63,955 nt of DNA, filler included, from Piptocephalis cylindrospora (GCA_003614145.1; 3 parts of 3 records of this genome joined end to end with filler, not necessarily neighbours in it); one strand, 5' to 3'. Counted from the first letter of the whole stretch, positions 37,801-50,576 are shown. Made by a program: numbers and translations. The notes: generated by a model from the letters alone, not told the origin.

Positions 37801-39804
37801 ATGCGTCTGTTTTTCCTCATGTCGCTGGCCCTCATCCCGCCCTGCATATGCTCTGTTACCTCTATAAATTCACAGAACATTCCAATTGCTCCGGAGCCTG
37901 CGTCCGACGACTCATTTAACGGTTTGACCCGCCGTCAATTCTCAAGATCGAGTGCAAGGATATCCGGAGACAGCCGTCTCATGGTTCAGACCAACTCTCT
38001 TCCTTCCTATTACGACGAGGAAAGTTCCCCAGATTACGAACATGGCATGTTAGACTTGCCTGATTCCCCTCCTCTGTACCCTATCCGGGAACTAAAGGAA
38101 GTCATTAGATTGGTTGAAGAACAGGAGCCTTTACTGGGTCCCATGGGTATTATGCTCAGGACGCGGAGTGATGAAGTGCTAGATTGGTGTGATAAACACC
38201 ATCCCCCTGTGCCAGAACATGCTGGTTTCGAGCAAGATGCGCTAATCCGCCCGCGTCATCCTCCTGCTCTTTTCGCCCCTCTCTGCAAGTACTCAAGGGA
38301 TGTTCAGGGGGCCAGCCATAAAGACCGGTACCTGTTGATGCAACTTACTGCTCGGAGACTGTCTTACTGCATGATAATGCATGTTCTCTCCCCCCCAGTA
38401 CCCATTGGTAAAAAAAAAAGCGCCGATATTGATGCAGACTCCGCCAAATTGGTCGATCAACTGACTAATATCCAGATTCAGAAGCATTTTCCCGGCCTCT
38501 TTCTTGAACGACAAGCCCAGCTATTCCAAAAATTTGCCGATAAGCTCCGGCGGAACGAAAATATAAATCAGGATCTTCTCAACCTGCCCCCATGGAAGAC
38601 TTTGAGGTCCAGGCACAAGACGGGCATGGACATCCTCTTGATGCTCCCTAACTCGAAGTATCCCAAAAGAGAATCCAAAACACTCGAGGATGGGGAAGAC
38701 ATGAGGCTCAAGGACTGGTACGATCGATGGGCCAAATCTTTGAATCACTTGCACGATATCTACAAGGAGATTGCCGGGCCCAATGGGGCGGTGAAGAGGA
38801 GCTGGGTATCCGGATATGTGGAAAAAATTAAGGAACAAGGTAAGCTATGGCGAACCAGTTTTTTTGAGCAGTATGGGCGATTCAAGGGGTCCTTCTCCCT
38901 AAAGAAGATGCTTTCTCCAACGTACTCCAAGGGAATTCGTCGTCTGAAAGAGTCCCTGATTTCCCTTGCTGCGCCTCTGACCGAGGCTCTCCTCATCAGT
39001 ATTCGGCCTCATGTACGTATGCTTCGTACAAGCAAGTTAGCTAAGGTCAAGGATCATTGGAGTGTTTTAGGCCTCACGTCTTTGACTTCTGAGGGGAAAG
39101 CGAAGCAAAAGCTTTTTAATGTCCTTATCGCCTCCGTCTGGAAAGACATCACTCGTCACTCCGTCCCTCTGTATCCCACCGAGGCTAATTTTCATCACTT
39201 TAATAGCATCAGAAGGCATAAGCAGTGGTCGAGTGACGTGGTCGCCTTGGGCTTTGAGAGTGACTTGATCTCTCACGCCATCTCCGAATTCAAGGATGAA
39301 CTCCCCGCTGACGGTCATATCAGCGTACGAAAGGTAATTTATCGCTTGGCCACTAAGGTTGGCGCCCACTTTCCCCTTTCCGAGCGCCCCTTCTCTGCCC
39401 TTCAAACACTTGCGTTCGTCAGGTTGAATGCTTTGGCGGCCCATCTCAACAGTGGTTCTTTTACTCAATCTTCCCTAAAGGATGATGCTGTCGAATGGAT
39501 CAAAGTATGCCTGGAGCTTATCACTCAAGTAAGCCGGAAAAAGAAGGCTCCATCGATTGATTTGCGCATGCCACTCTCACCTTCGGCCGAAAATGGTGAT
39601 GATCCCGAGGTCAAGGAGTATAAGCAGTATCTAGCTGCGGAAAATAGGTACTTTGTTTGCTCTGATAAGGGCAAGGAAAAGTTGGGTCTCGTCCAACGAT
39701 CTATTGCTCGCAGCCTAACAGGTCGGGAGTTGGATCTGGGCAAATCTAATATCCAGGCCTTGATCTCGCTCTTGGACGTAGAGGGGCATGGTTATTCCCG
39801 TTGA
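37801..39804 (+). CDS. Secreted orphan protein, 667 aa, intronless
   Basis: Long ORF, signal-peptide-like MRLFFLMSLALIPPCICS, dibasic GLTRR after a short pro-segment; no recognised domain. Confidence 0.8.
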   Translation: MRLFFLMSLALIPPCICSVTSINSQNIPIAPEPASDDSFNGLTRRQFSRSSARISGDSRLMVQTNSLPSYYDEESSPDYEHGMLDLPDSPPLYPIRELKEVIRLVEEQEPLLGPMGIMLRTRSDEVLDWCDKHHPPVPEHAGFEQDALIRPRHPPALFAPLCKYSRDVQGASHKDRYLLMQLTARRLSYCMIMHVLSPPVPIGKKKSADIDADSAKLVDQLTNIQIQKHFPGLFLERQAQLFQKFADKLRRNENINQDLLNLPPWKTLRSRHKTGMDILLMLPNSKYPKRESKTLEDGEDMRLKDWYDRWAKSLNHLHDIYKEIAGPNGAVKRSWVSGYVEKIKEQGKLWRTSFFEQYGRFKGSFSLKKMLSPTYSKGIRRLKESLISLAAPLTEALLISIRPHVRMLRTSKLAKVKDHWSVLGLTSLTSEGKAKQKLFNVLIASVWKDITRHSVPLYPTEANFHHFNSIRRHKQWSSDVVALGFESDLISHAISEFKDELPADGHISVRKVIYRLATKVGAHFPLSERPFSALQTLAFVRLNALAAHLNSGSFTQSSLKDDAVEWIKVCLELITQVSRKKKAPSIDLRMPLSPSAENGDDPEVKEYKQYLAAENRYFVCSDKGKEKLGLVQRSIARSLTGRELDLGKSNIQALISLLDVEGHGYSR

Positions 39805-40094
39805 TTTAATGAATGCATTCTTTGAGTGTACTTTTAGAGTGAATAGTGGTGTTATATGGTCTCTTGGGAGAAGGAATCGATGATACTGTATGGCCTCTCG
39901 AGAGATGGATCAGGCTGCACACATCAGATCAACCTTGGGTATGGCCGCTTGATAAATGCTAACGGTCTCTAGGGTCTTGTACGTACATTCCCATTATAGC
40001 GCGGTTGAATACTCTCCTTCCACAGCATCCGCCCATCTCGAAATCATTATTCCCCTTTCATTCTCTTCACAGCACCTTTGGATGAAAGTGCTTG

Positions 40095-41325
40095 ATGGGA
40101 GATCATGACCCACTCTACCTGGTGAACCAGGTCATGTCCTTGTTAACAGTGGCTGTGTCGCCAGATTCCCTTTCCTCATGGACCCTGGAGGATTGGCAGC
40201 GGGCACGTGGATGGACCAGAGCCTTGGAAGCGTGTCTACGCAATCTGAATGAAGAAGGATTACAAAGACTTCAAGGTGCCTGGGAGACACAAAGTAAAGA
40301 CAGACCAGCAGTTACCTGGGATGAATTGTGCCAACCCGGAGACAGCCTGTATCGTCGTGCTCTTGGACATCCTGGCGTATCTGATGAGGTTGTCCGAGGG
40401 ATACTTTTCTCTGGGGCGGAGCAAGAGACGCTTGCGGTATGTAATGATCTGGAAGTGGTCCTGGTTTCATGTCTGCCCTCATCCTTCTCTCCGTGTCGAT
40501 TCAGATTTTCAGTCAGTGCACGGAGATGGCAGCGAGGACACAAATCCTCCAGGGTATAGACGGGATGATGCGGATGACCATTGAAGCCCATCTCAAGGAA
40601 GAGGCCTCCTTGATCTTGGAGAGTAGGGAGCCTAGTCGAATAATGGACCTATTGCCTTTGTATGTAGCGATGCAAGATGCAGGCTGGATGGGTAATGGCC
40701 CCCTATGCCAAGACCTTGCTACTTCTCAGATACTTCTGGATCATTTTCTTGGTCAAAGGGACTTGTCAAGGTCTTTACAGTCTTTATCTCAATATGTCCA
40801 GGTTGTACCTCGAGGCATGGTAAGTGCAAGGTAAGGGACTGTTCTATCGGGCCCATTTGACTCACTCATCCGATCCAGGCTCTGCTCCTATTGACCATGC
40901 ACACTCTGAGCATGGGGAGCGACTCATCCTTACCCTCATACAAGAAAATTATTCAGCCTCTTTACCAGATGTTGCAGGGATACGGGGACGGTATTATCAC
41001 GAATCTCCTTCTTCTTCCTCCCACTATGGCCCTGGAGCTTGGGGCCAAATTCCCGGATCTCGGATCGAGACTCACGTATCGCATTGTCCAAGTGACTCAG
41101 CGGTCTCTTTTGGATGAGTCTCCTTCCTCTCTTTCATATAATTTAGAGGACTATTGGAAAAGAATACTTATTCAATGGACCATCTATCGGGAGCACCTTG
41201 AAGCCCATGTCCAACTTCTTATGGCTCTGTCCTTACTGGATCGATCCATTCAGCCTCCTCCACTCCTCCTCATCCTTCTTGCTCTGGCGGTTCATCGGAT
41301 GCAATCATCTACCTTGGGCACTTGA
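40095..41325 (+). CDS. FANCF-like protein (3 exons)
   Basis: N-terminus LLTVAVSPDSLSSWTLEDWQRARGWTRAL resembles the FANCF N-terminal motif (LLAVS...V..W....V.RAL.WA). Leu-rich helical remainder. Phase-0 introns starting at about 40437 and 40820. Confidence 0.5.
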
Positions 41326-41950
41326 AAAGTCGAGCCGTGGATCTTGGGAGAGATCACCTTTTCTTGTTTTTCTACTGGTCGTGTTCTAAAAGTAACAATC
41401 TAGAAATGACTGAGGGACATCCTCTCCCTCTCTCCCTTATCCTATTCTTTTCAATGCGTCCGAGTCCAACCTAACGCTTTAGTCTGTAATACTGAGGCAT
41501 GTCTGTGCGAAACAACTACCTTTTATTACTGTCTCTTTAGTTTCCAGCTAGATCTTCTTCATAAAGGACTAGGTCCGATACATAAAGACACGAGTCAAAG
41601 AATGATATGACCTAATTCATTCAACCCAAGGCCAGACTGAATCTATCCCTTATCATCCTTTTGGCATCCCATCCAAAACCCCAGTCATCTCAAGTGCCTT
41701 TTTTGAATCTCCGCACTGGCCCGATTCATTTAAATCATTCATCCTCCTATTATTGTTCATGCACTTAGAGTGCGTCTACTTTTGTTTCGTCTCACCCTCC
41801 CCTCTCTTCCCTCTTTCCTTACTCTATTCCTCATTTACTCCTTCTACCTCCTTCAACTAGTCGCTTTAGTACCACTCACTTTATCTCCACCCACCCGACT
41901 CTTGCTTCTTTTGCCTAGTACTTCTCGTTCCACCCACACTCATCCTTGAC

Positions 41951-44272
41951 ATGTCTGAGTCTCAGGGTACTGTTGTCCGGGTAGGTCCACGCTAAAGTCC
42001 TGATCTATTCATTCATACTCTCTTCACTCATCCATCCTGATCTACAATGGCAGCTTGAGCCGGTATCAAGGTACGATGCCGAATTCACCGCACTGCGACA
42101 GCCCTTGTCCTTGCCCGAGGGCGAGGATACTTGGCAGGGGATTGACAAGGCCCTGGAACGGCTTGCTGCGTTAGTGCGTGGGGGAGGTCATCAATCCTCT
42201 TCTTTCACCCTCTTCATCAAATCTATCCAAGATGTGATTATTCAGTCGGTAGGGCGAGCTCCATGAACTTATCCATCGGCAATAATGATGCTTTCAAGCT
42301 AATCCCCCCCTCTTCCGCTCCCTAATCTAGCTCTTGACCGAAAGATCCCGTCTCTCGGGAACGACCATGGATTTAGTGGCAGTCATGGGAAAGTCCCTGG
42401 GTGGAGAGGGCTTTTCGCCGTATGTCGAGCCCTTGGGTGGGGCAGTGATGCGTCTATGTGGACGGACCAACCGGGTCTTCTCTTCCCGGGCCCAAAAGAC
42501 TTTGATCGGTCTGCTTCAGGATACACAACTTCCTTCATTTCTTCCCCTTCTATGCGATGGCCTAAAGGAGAAAAGTAAGCTGATGCGTCTGGGGGTGGCC
42601 GAACCTCTTCGCATTGGCATGGAGATCTGGAGCAAGGGGGAGGTGGAGAGGGATGTGGTGGTCTTGGAGGATGTCCTCGTGCACGGGGTTCAGGACCCAG
42701 CACCTGATGTCCGAGTCAAGTGTCGAGCCACTTTTACTCTGTATGCGGCTATGTTCCCTGATCGACAGGAACGGTATGTGATTGCGAATAAAAAGGGGGT
42801 GAGGGCGCGTTTGTTTAAAAGGACTAATGAGTAACCTTATCTCTATGCCGGTAAATAGGTTTGTCAATCGACTGCCCCCGAACGTCCTCAAGGCCATGAT
42901 CTCGACCTCTTCCTTGGCCCCTCCTGCGATAAAAGCTACGCTGAAAAAGGCCTCCTCCTTCTCTTCCTTTTCTTCCTCGGACCAGACGGGTGGATTGAAG
43001 GGTCGCGCGGGCTCTAGACCCAGTCTTCGGGAGGTCATGGCGGCCAAGAGGTCCGAGGTGGCTAGGGCCAAGAAAGAGACGTTGAATCCTGGATCTGCGC
43101 CCATGTCTACATCTACCAGCACTGAATCTATTGCCGAGGCCGATGAGGTGGCAGGGGCCAGGGTTAGCGAGGATCAGGGCATGATCATGGACCAAGGGAT
43201 GATCGCCGACCAGGGGATGATGACAGATCAGCATGAATGCCCTCCCCCTGGAAGAGTATCCCTTTCCGTTCCATCCACTCCTCGTCCTGCGAAGCGTGTT
43301 CATTCTGGTCCATCCTGGAGTGTTCAACAGGACAAGACCAGGGCCATGCACGCCGATTCTCTTACCGAGGGGGAAGGCATTCGCTCCGAGGATAAAGTAA
43401 CCGCTCCGGAGCCTGTTTGTGTTACCATAATCGGGTCCAATGGGGATCAGCTTCCCAGTGCAAGCTCCGGTCATGTTCGGACCATGCCCCCGCCCACCTT
43501 GGTCCCTGTTAAGACCGGGGAGAGGAAGGGCCCGGGAAGGGTTCCTCTACGACCAGGCGAAGAATCGGTAGAGGAGGAAAGGAGGAGAGCAGAGGAGGTG
43601 GCTGAGATGGCCAAAGTGGGGGAGGCGAGGGAGAGGATGGGGACTCGAGCCCCCCCACGTAGAATTCCTGCCTCTACCTCTGGCTCGTCTCGCTCTATCT
43701 CTCGTCCTCCAGGATCCAGAGGAAGGATAGAAGCCTCTGAGCTCCATCGAAGCGGTACAGCTGCTTTTGCCAAACCCTCCGGATCAAGCAAGACAGCGGC
43801 CCTGGGCAAAAAGGCCACGGCGGCCCGAGTACGTCTTGGGGTCCGAAGGAGTCTGGAGGGAGGGACACGCGGAGTGTCAAAGTTAGCACAGCGGATCCGA
43901 AGACGTCGAAGCATCATGGCTAAATCGGTCTTTTCCTCCGCTCCCACCGCCTCTTTCCTCGCCAAGATGGTCCATCGGTCCCCGGGGAGGATGGGGGGAG
44001 GCCGTCGTCCTCGTGCCCAAGAAGACGAAGATAGAGGGGTACGGAAGCGTATACCCACCCAGCCCTCCCCCGGCCGAAAGCGGCCTGTTCAAATTGCCAA
44101 GGAACGACGAGTGGCTCAAGAAGCTAGAAAGGAAGCCATAGGCGCAATGCGCCGATCCCGATCCGACCTTTCTTCCTCCGGGAGACGGGAGGGATCTACA
44201 TTGTATGCGCCCACAGCCAGTACTCTTGCCAAGGCTCGGCCTCCACATCATCCTGGGAAAAGGTCTGGATGA
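41951..44272 (+). CDS. CLASP N-terminal (TOG-like) domain protein with basic disordered tail (Stu1-like)
   Basis: EGEDTWQGIDKALERL, LTERSRLSG, RLCGRTNRVF, KEKSKLMR, QDPAPDVR, then an R/S/P-rich tail with repeated APTAS motifs. Confidence 0.75.
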
Positions 44273-44484
44273 GGGAAATTTAGGGTTGAAGCGGTGGAGA
44301 CGTGAATAAATTGATTAGGATTTGATGTAGGATGCTACGTGTTGTATAATCGGGATAAGAGCATACTCTTTTCCAACCGCTCATTCATCCTTAGGGAGAA
44401 ACAATGATTCACTATAAGAAAGAAAAGACATCGTATTGTAATGTAATGTAATATGCTGCATACGGTATGCATTCATCCGCTAGC

Positions 44485-44901
44485 TCAGCCATCACCAGGG
44501 GCAGCCCCGGTGGAGGGTCCGGACGTAGCGGCTTTGAGGGTCACTTCGTCGGTACTGTACAGCTTGCGCGTGCGGTTGATTTCTTCCTGGAGTCGTAAAA
44601 GCTCCTCGGCCCTAGCCAGCTTCTTTGGGTCGTTTCGCAATGCCAGACGTAGTTCGACCGGCCCTGGGGCTGAAGACCGACTGGAGTTGCGCTCCATGCA
44701 TCGTGCCATTTCTAACGACAGGCTCACCACATACTCACTCACCATGTCGTCTAGGAGATTGGCTGAATCGAGGGAGGGAGAGGGAGCATCGCCAAAGCCA
44801 TACATCATTAGCAGAAGGTCCTTGGTGAACATTCGCTTTCTGCCTCCGTTTCCCGTGGCGGCGCCTCCACGTTCCCGGACATCAATGAGAGGGTCCGGCA
44901 T
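44485..44901 (-). CDS. TAF13: TFIID subunit TAF13
   Basis: MFTKDLLLMMYGFGD...LLDDMVSEY...LRNDPKKLARAEELL histone-fold signature. Confidence 0.92.
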   Translation of the reverse strand: MPDPLIDVRERGGAATGNGGRKRMFTKDLLLMMYGFGDAPSPSLDSANLLDDMVSEYVVSLSLEMARCMERNSSRSSAPGPVELRLALRNDPKKLARAEELLRLQEEINRTRKLYSTDEVTLKAATSGPSTGAAPGDG

Positions 44902-45062
44902 GGATGGTGTTGGATGGAGGGTAGAAGAAGAGAGCAAAGAGGGACAGTGAGTGACTAGCCCAAGTGTCATACTGACCAGACTTTGTGCTGTAGTCCCTGT
45001 TCACTGATGATCCGTCCCAACCATCTTGTTTCTTGTTTATTGTCACCCCTTCCTTCTTCACC

Positions 45063-47381
45063 ATGTCCCAGCAATCATGGACCATCCTCGTCAACGCTAC
45101 ACCTCCCCTACCCGACCCTGCCACCTTCTCTACCTTGGTCCAGAATGACCGGGATGAAGCCCTTAGGAGACTGACGTACTTTTTAAAGGTGTTGCTTACC
45201 TCACCGACCGATGCGCTGTATGACCTATTCCTAGATGAGGGGCTGGCGCAGGAGATGGAGGAGGCAGCCTTTATTTTCACTAGCATTACACGACATGTGC
45301 CCCGGATAACACGATCGGGGACTACTTCCAACCTGGCTCGTCTGGTCCTTGGCGTGTACGCGCGGCTCTTCCAGCTCTTTTCCACGGAGGGTCCCTCGGA
45401 GGATAGGTCGGTGTCGGTGGGGTTGACCATCCTCCATCCCCGATGGCTCTCTGCACCCCATCTCTTGGATATCGCCGAGATACACGCTTATGCTAATGGA
45501 CCTGAGGTGTCTCGACTCATCCTTCAGGCCATGATGGAGGTCTCTGGGCTCCAGGATGAGTGGGACATGCTGGGCCGTGTTTTGACCGTCCACCTTCAGC
45601 AGCATCTCTCCACCCTGACCCCCACTCCAAGCCCCCTGTCAATGGCTGTGATGGAGGCCCTAGTTCAGGCCCTTGGCCCAGCCATTTTTCCTCTCGATGC
45701 CTTACTCCATGCCGAGTCTTCCCTGACCCCAGGGGTTTTCTCCTCAAACCCCAAGCTCCCCGTCCATCTGGCTCGATTATACGAGTATCTGGCCTTGACA
45801 CTGGGCCCTGGGGGTGGAGAAAGAGATGGTTTGGGCTCGACATTCTCCCCAGCTCTTCGGAACACCCGTTATCTACAATATGGGATTCTCTCTATCCTCT
45901 CCACCCACCTCGGCTCCCTTCTCCCATCGGATCAGGGTACATCTGGCTCCGGATCTGCTGCTTCCTCTATCCTGACCATGTCTACAGGGCTCCCCGGGGA
46001 TGGGCTGGATCATCTTTGTCAAGCCTTGGAGGCAATGGCGTTCCCTGAGGGCGCTCCAGCTTCGCGGACAATGCTCGATCTGAATCGAGAATTTCATCTA
46101 CTCTCCCGTCTCTCCTCTACAATCTCTTTATTAGGTCATCCTACCTATCAGGGTCTGGTGGGAAGGATCGAGACAAGTATTACAGCTTGTAGGGATGAAA
46201 TGGGATACGAGGGCCTTTGTCCTTCCCTCCCAGAACCCTCTTTGACAGAAATGGATAAGCCCAGGAAGGACAGAACGGAAGAAGAAAGGGCCATTCGCCA
46301 CTCCAATATTGGTCAGGTTCGCGACCTTCTCCCGGATCTTGGGGAGAGCTTTATTGATGCCTGTCTTGAACATTATCGAGAAAACGTGGAAATGGTAATT
46401 CAGCATCTTTTGGAGGATGATCTTCCTCCACCTCTTTCGTCCCTTGATAGGTCACTTTCCTTGGAAGGATCATCAGGAAGAGAAGAAGGGAAGAAGAAAG
46501 ATGGACTGGTGTCGAGCCGGCAGAACATTTTTGATGAAGATTCATTTGATGTCTTTTCCGGAAAGACCCTGCAAGCCGGGCAAGTTCAGCAGGGGAAGCG
46601 GATGGATGAGACGGCCGAGACCATGCTGGCAAATCGGGACGCTGGGATGAAGGAAAGGACACGGGAGGATATTCTTAGACTAGTAGCCGCCCAAGAAGTC
46701 GAAGAAGAGGCTGAGGCTGCCGAGATGGAGGAGCAGGAGAGGTATTGGGCCGCCGAGGGAAGGGCCATAGCCCTTCCTGAGGAAGGGGGAGATGAGGTGG
46801 ATGGAGAAAGGACCGGACCAACCATGCCCCGCCCGGTTCCCATGGATCCTATGGTTAAACACCAAGCTACACTCATTGCCGAGTATACTTCGAATCAAGG
46901 GCTCTTTTCCAAGGGTAAAGAGGTCAGAAACTCGAAGGCAAGGGTCCAGTTACGCCAGACGACGGGCTTATCCGATGAGCAAATCGAAGGCTGGGCATCA
47001 ATGCTTGAACGACAGGTGGGTTGTATAATGGGGGGATGGAAAGAGGAGCTATCATTGACATGTTTCATCATTTCTTAACCAACCATCTATTGTCATAAAT
47101 AGCCCGCTCGTCTGGCAAGGCTCATGTCCCAGACTCAAGGAGCCTCTTGGGATGGCCAGCAACGATCCCTGGGACCCAAGGTTGGGGTGGATCGAGGAAA
47201 GGGCGGAAGAGTCAAGAGGGAAGGAATCACTCCAACCTCTTTCTCCCCCGCATCAGGCAATGCTACCCGAGGAAAGCATCGACGGGATGAAAAGAACAAA
47301 GCTCAAAGGGCCAACCACCATCGACGAGATGCTCATTCCCGAAAGATGGGCAAGGGGATGGGGGGGGCCCCCATGGAATGA
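45063..47381 (+). CDS. CUE3: ASCC2/Cue3 CUE-domain protein (2 exons)
   Basis: APHLLDIAEIHA; CUE-like IGQVRDLLPDLGESFIDACLEHY...LLEDDLP; SRQNIFDEDSFD; TGLSDEQIEGW; KAQRANHHRR. Confidence 0.85.
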
Positions 47382-47476
47382 ATTTTATGTATGGTTGTTT
47401 CCATTAATAATAGCATGAAAAGACTTGCTCCTCATCCTTCTTTTGCGGTAGGGTCAACGAGAGAGAAAATAATGTA

Positions 47477-48278
47477 TTACAGCTCCATGGGCGTATCATC
47501 CATTGAGTCAGAGTGGGTCTTACCAGAGGGATTGAGAGCCTCTTCGAGGTCAGAGTCAACAGCGGTGATGTCCATGCGCTGTTCGACGTGATCGTGGGTC
47601 CAATGGAAGAGATGAAGGGCATCGGCCAGCTTCGAGGAGCCTGGGGCACTGAGGGATTGGAGGAGGGCAGCGTTGACAGCGGAGGCACATCTCTGTCTCT
47701 GGCCCATGTCCATGAGGGGGGCGGCAGGGGATTGGTAGGGGTCCTGGTAGGCAAAAAGAACCATCGTCCGTTCCAGTTCGTCGAGTAGACCCGGAAAGCT
47801 TTCGCCTCTCGGAGCCAGTTCATCCTGGGCAAAGGAAAGGGCTGAAGCGGTCTCTCCTGACCGGATAAACTCGACAAGCTTTTGTCTCTGGAGATCGAAA
47901 TGCAGGGCAGGATTGGAATCCAGGAGCTCTGGATCCAGATTGTTGATCCTGGCCATGGCGAGATCAATATTACCCGATAGGACAGCCTCCCGGATCCCCT
48001 GTCGCTCCTCCGTATGAAGTCGGCCATACTTGGCGTACTGGTCTTGTAGCGAGGCAGATTGGGTAAAATGGGCCGCGGTAGTCTCGTATCCCGAGACCAA
48101 GAGGTAATCCAGAACTAGTTTATCCAATTGCCTATAGGGAAAGGGATGAATGGTGCTTATGATGCTCTCCTCGTCAAATAATCATCACCTACCGCTGCTT
48201 CAAGGGATAATTGGCCATTTGACTCTTCCACTTGTCCTCCCCCAGAGTTTCCCTTGCCTGAGGCTCCATTGGGGTCAT
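47477..48278 (-). CDS. GID8: GID/CTLH complex subunit Gid8/TWA1 (LisH-CTLH-CRA), 2 exons
   Basis: LDKLVLDYLLVSGY, IREAVLSGNIDLA, LHFDLQRQKLVE, FAQDELAPRG, LERTMVL. Confidence 0.9.
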
Positions 48279-49856
48279 GCTGATGGGGGTTGTGTAGTGA
48301 GTTTTGGCGGTAAGGATGGAGGGAAGATGGGATGGAGGGAGGGAGATGGAGAATAGGGTGGGAAGAGAAGGAAAGATGGTGGGGGGGTAGACGAGCCAGT
48401 CTAGTCCAGTCCAACCCACACTCTCCCACATCATCATCACCCCTACGGTTGGGGATCACAGAAGGCGGACTTGGTGAAAAAGAACCATTTTCAACATTTC
48501 ATTTTAAAGGGAGGGGTCGAACTTGACTTCATCCTGGTTTAGTTAGCGGGATGATCTAAAAGCTCTCTTGGGGCTCATATCATGTTGTACCCAAAAAATG
48601 ACGCATCAAGAACAGATGAAAATATATATACAGCCATCATCAATGACTATGTATATCATGACCTCATGAAGAAGAGCATATGTACGCGTTTCTCCTAGAC
48701 CAAATAGACCATTGTATCACTCTGGGAAACATGGCCCGGGTTCCAGAGTCATTCATCTACACATGTCAAAAGGAAAAACCGACCTTTTCCTAATGACCTC
48801 TGGCGAGGCAAATCTGGAAAAAATATTTGATCTACTCGTCTTCCCTCAACTCGGTCTCATTCTTCCATTCTATCTTGTAAGGTGGGGGTATGACGGCTCT
48901 CACCTCTCCGGCAGTTGCGAATAAGTTTCTAAGATCAACAGGATACTTCTCAGGAGACCAAAACAACAATATGGGGAGATGGTCAGATCCACAATGGGCT
49001 ATTTTGGCCCCGAAACGACCTTCTTTATCAACCAAATCATCCCTTCTTCAAGGTTAAATGTATTGTTATTGCGTCGCTTACCCAGGGAAGCAATACTACA
49101 AAGCCCATGGCCATCCATGTTTATGTCCTTCCTCTTGACTGGGCATATCTCGATTCTTGAGGAAACACTTCACCACTCGGGAGGGTTTTCACTCATCCAC
49201 CAATATATCGGCCGACAGCCCTACACATGCGACGGGTCATCCAGGAGTACGGCCAAGGAGTGGCTATACAAAATCGGAGTTGGTCAACGTTGTAATAACG
49301 TGTAGAGGAGGTAGAGGGGGCTTTTAGAGTCAGTAGGGGCGGAGTTTATCTTGTTGGATAATGCACAGCGGACTGCGAATCGCTGAGGGGAGACGGGTTA
49401 TTCAAGAAGCAGGCATATGCTCCGGTTCACTACCCGGTTACTTTACCTTTTTGCATGGACAAGAAGAGGAGAGGGATTGGAGGGGGAATCATTGATTCAT
49501 GCCTAGTATCATCCGTTGACAAGGTCCAACGGGCTCAGAAGAATGCATCAGACAGCAAGAATAGGTATAAAATCGGCTGAGTATGAAGGAATGCTCTCTT
49601 CACCGACCTTTCCTTCTTACCATTATCGCCTTTTTGACCTACTGACACGTCCGCTTTCTCCCACACATACTGAACGATCCTCCCTTCTATCCTCCTTCCT
49701 CCCCGAGTCCTTGTCTTTGCCTTACCTTCGGCTTTTCTTGATTCTGACTCTTCCCCATCCCCTCGCTTCCCTTGCCCTTCCAACCTTTTGCCTTTCCGCG
49801 TTCCTACATCCTATTCACCACCCGTCTATCATGCAATCTAGCCTCTGGTCCCTCCT

Positions 49857-49956
49857 NNNNNNNNNNNNNNNNNNNNNNNNNNNNNNNNNNNNNNNNNNNN
49901 TTAATTAATTAANNNNNNNNNNNNNNNNNNNNNNNNNNNNNNNNNNNNNNNNNNNN
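49857..49956. other. Artificial contig linker (N44-TTAATTAATTAA-N44)
   Basis: Same 100-nt cassette as 24884-24983. Confidence 0.95.
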
Positions 49957-50005
49957 TCTTGCTCCATCCCATCCCACCCCAGCTTAACCCGTCCCTCCAT
50001 CCAGG

Positions 50006-50576
50006 ATTACCCTTCAAACCAGCTGCCTTTGACTTGATCCATCAACGTGACGCATCCCTCACCCTCCCCTTCACAAAGTGGCAACCCTTGCTTCGGGAAT
50101 TCCAACGAATGCTCAAGCCTGGAGGCTGGATCGAGCTGGCCGAGGCCGACTCCCTTCTAAGGTCCGTCGGGCCGGCCGGCGAGCGCGTCAATGCCTGGAT
50201 GCTCCTCGCTGCTGGCCGCAGGGGCATCGACATGGCCGTTCCCCGAGACCTTGCCGTTATGTGCAAAGATGTGGGCTTTGTCGACATCAAACTCCAAAGA
50301 TACGCTACTCCAGTCGGCGACTGGGGAGGCACCCCGGGCATGTATTTGGCCGCCGGCTACCGGGAAACCCTAGTGGGCATCAAGGGCTGGCTGGTTCGGG
50401 AAAAGGCCACCACCGACCAGGACTTTGAACATGTCATGAGTCAATGGGAGGAGGAACTTCGTCAGGCCCGTACCAAGACCGTCTATGTCGTTTGCTGTGC
50501 CCGCAAACCCCCTTCCTCTGGGTCCGGCTCCAGGTCCGAGATCTCCTCCTTGGCCAGCACATTCAAGCGCCGATAA
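50006..50576 (+). CDS. C-terminal exon of a class I SAM-dependent methyltransferase, 5' truncated
   Basis: GLPF...FDLIHQR...EFQRMLKPGGWIELAE...GFVDI...PVGDWGG...ARKP, preceded by a polypyrimidine tract and CAG acceptor. Confidence 0.85.

Noticed and set aside
49335..49445. tRNA-like elements (CAGCG-GACTGCGAAT-CGCTG hairpin and CCGGTTCACTACCCGG)
   Set aside because: No complementary acceptor stem, irregular anticodon stem and T-loop length; a cloverleaf cannot be built by eye. tRNAscan-SE would settle it.
49831..49856. ATG with MQSSLWSL, possibly the start of the methyltransferase after the gap
   Set aside because: Separated by an artificial linker; it cannot be joined to the downstream exon and is too short to identify.
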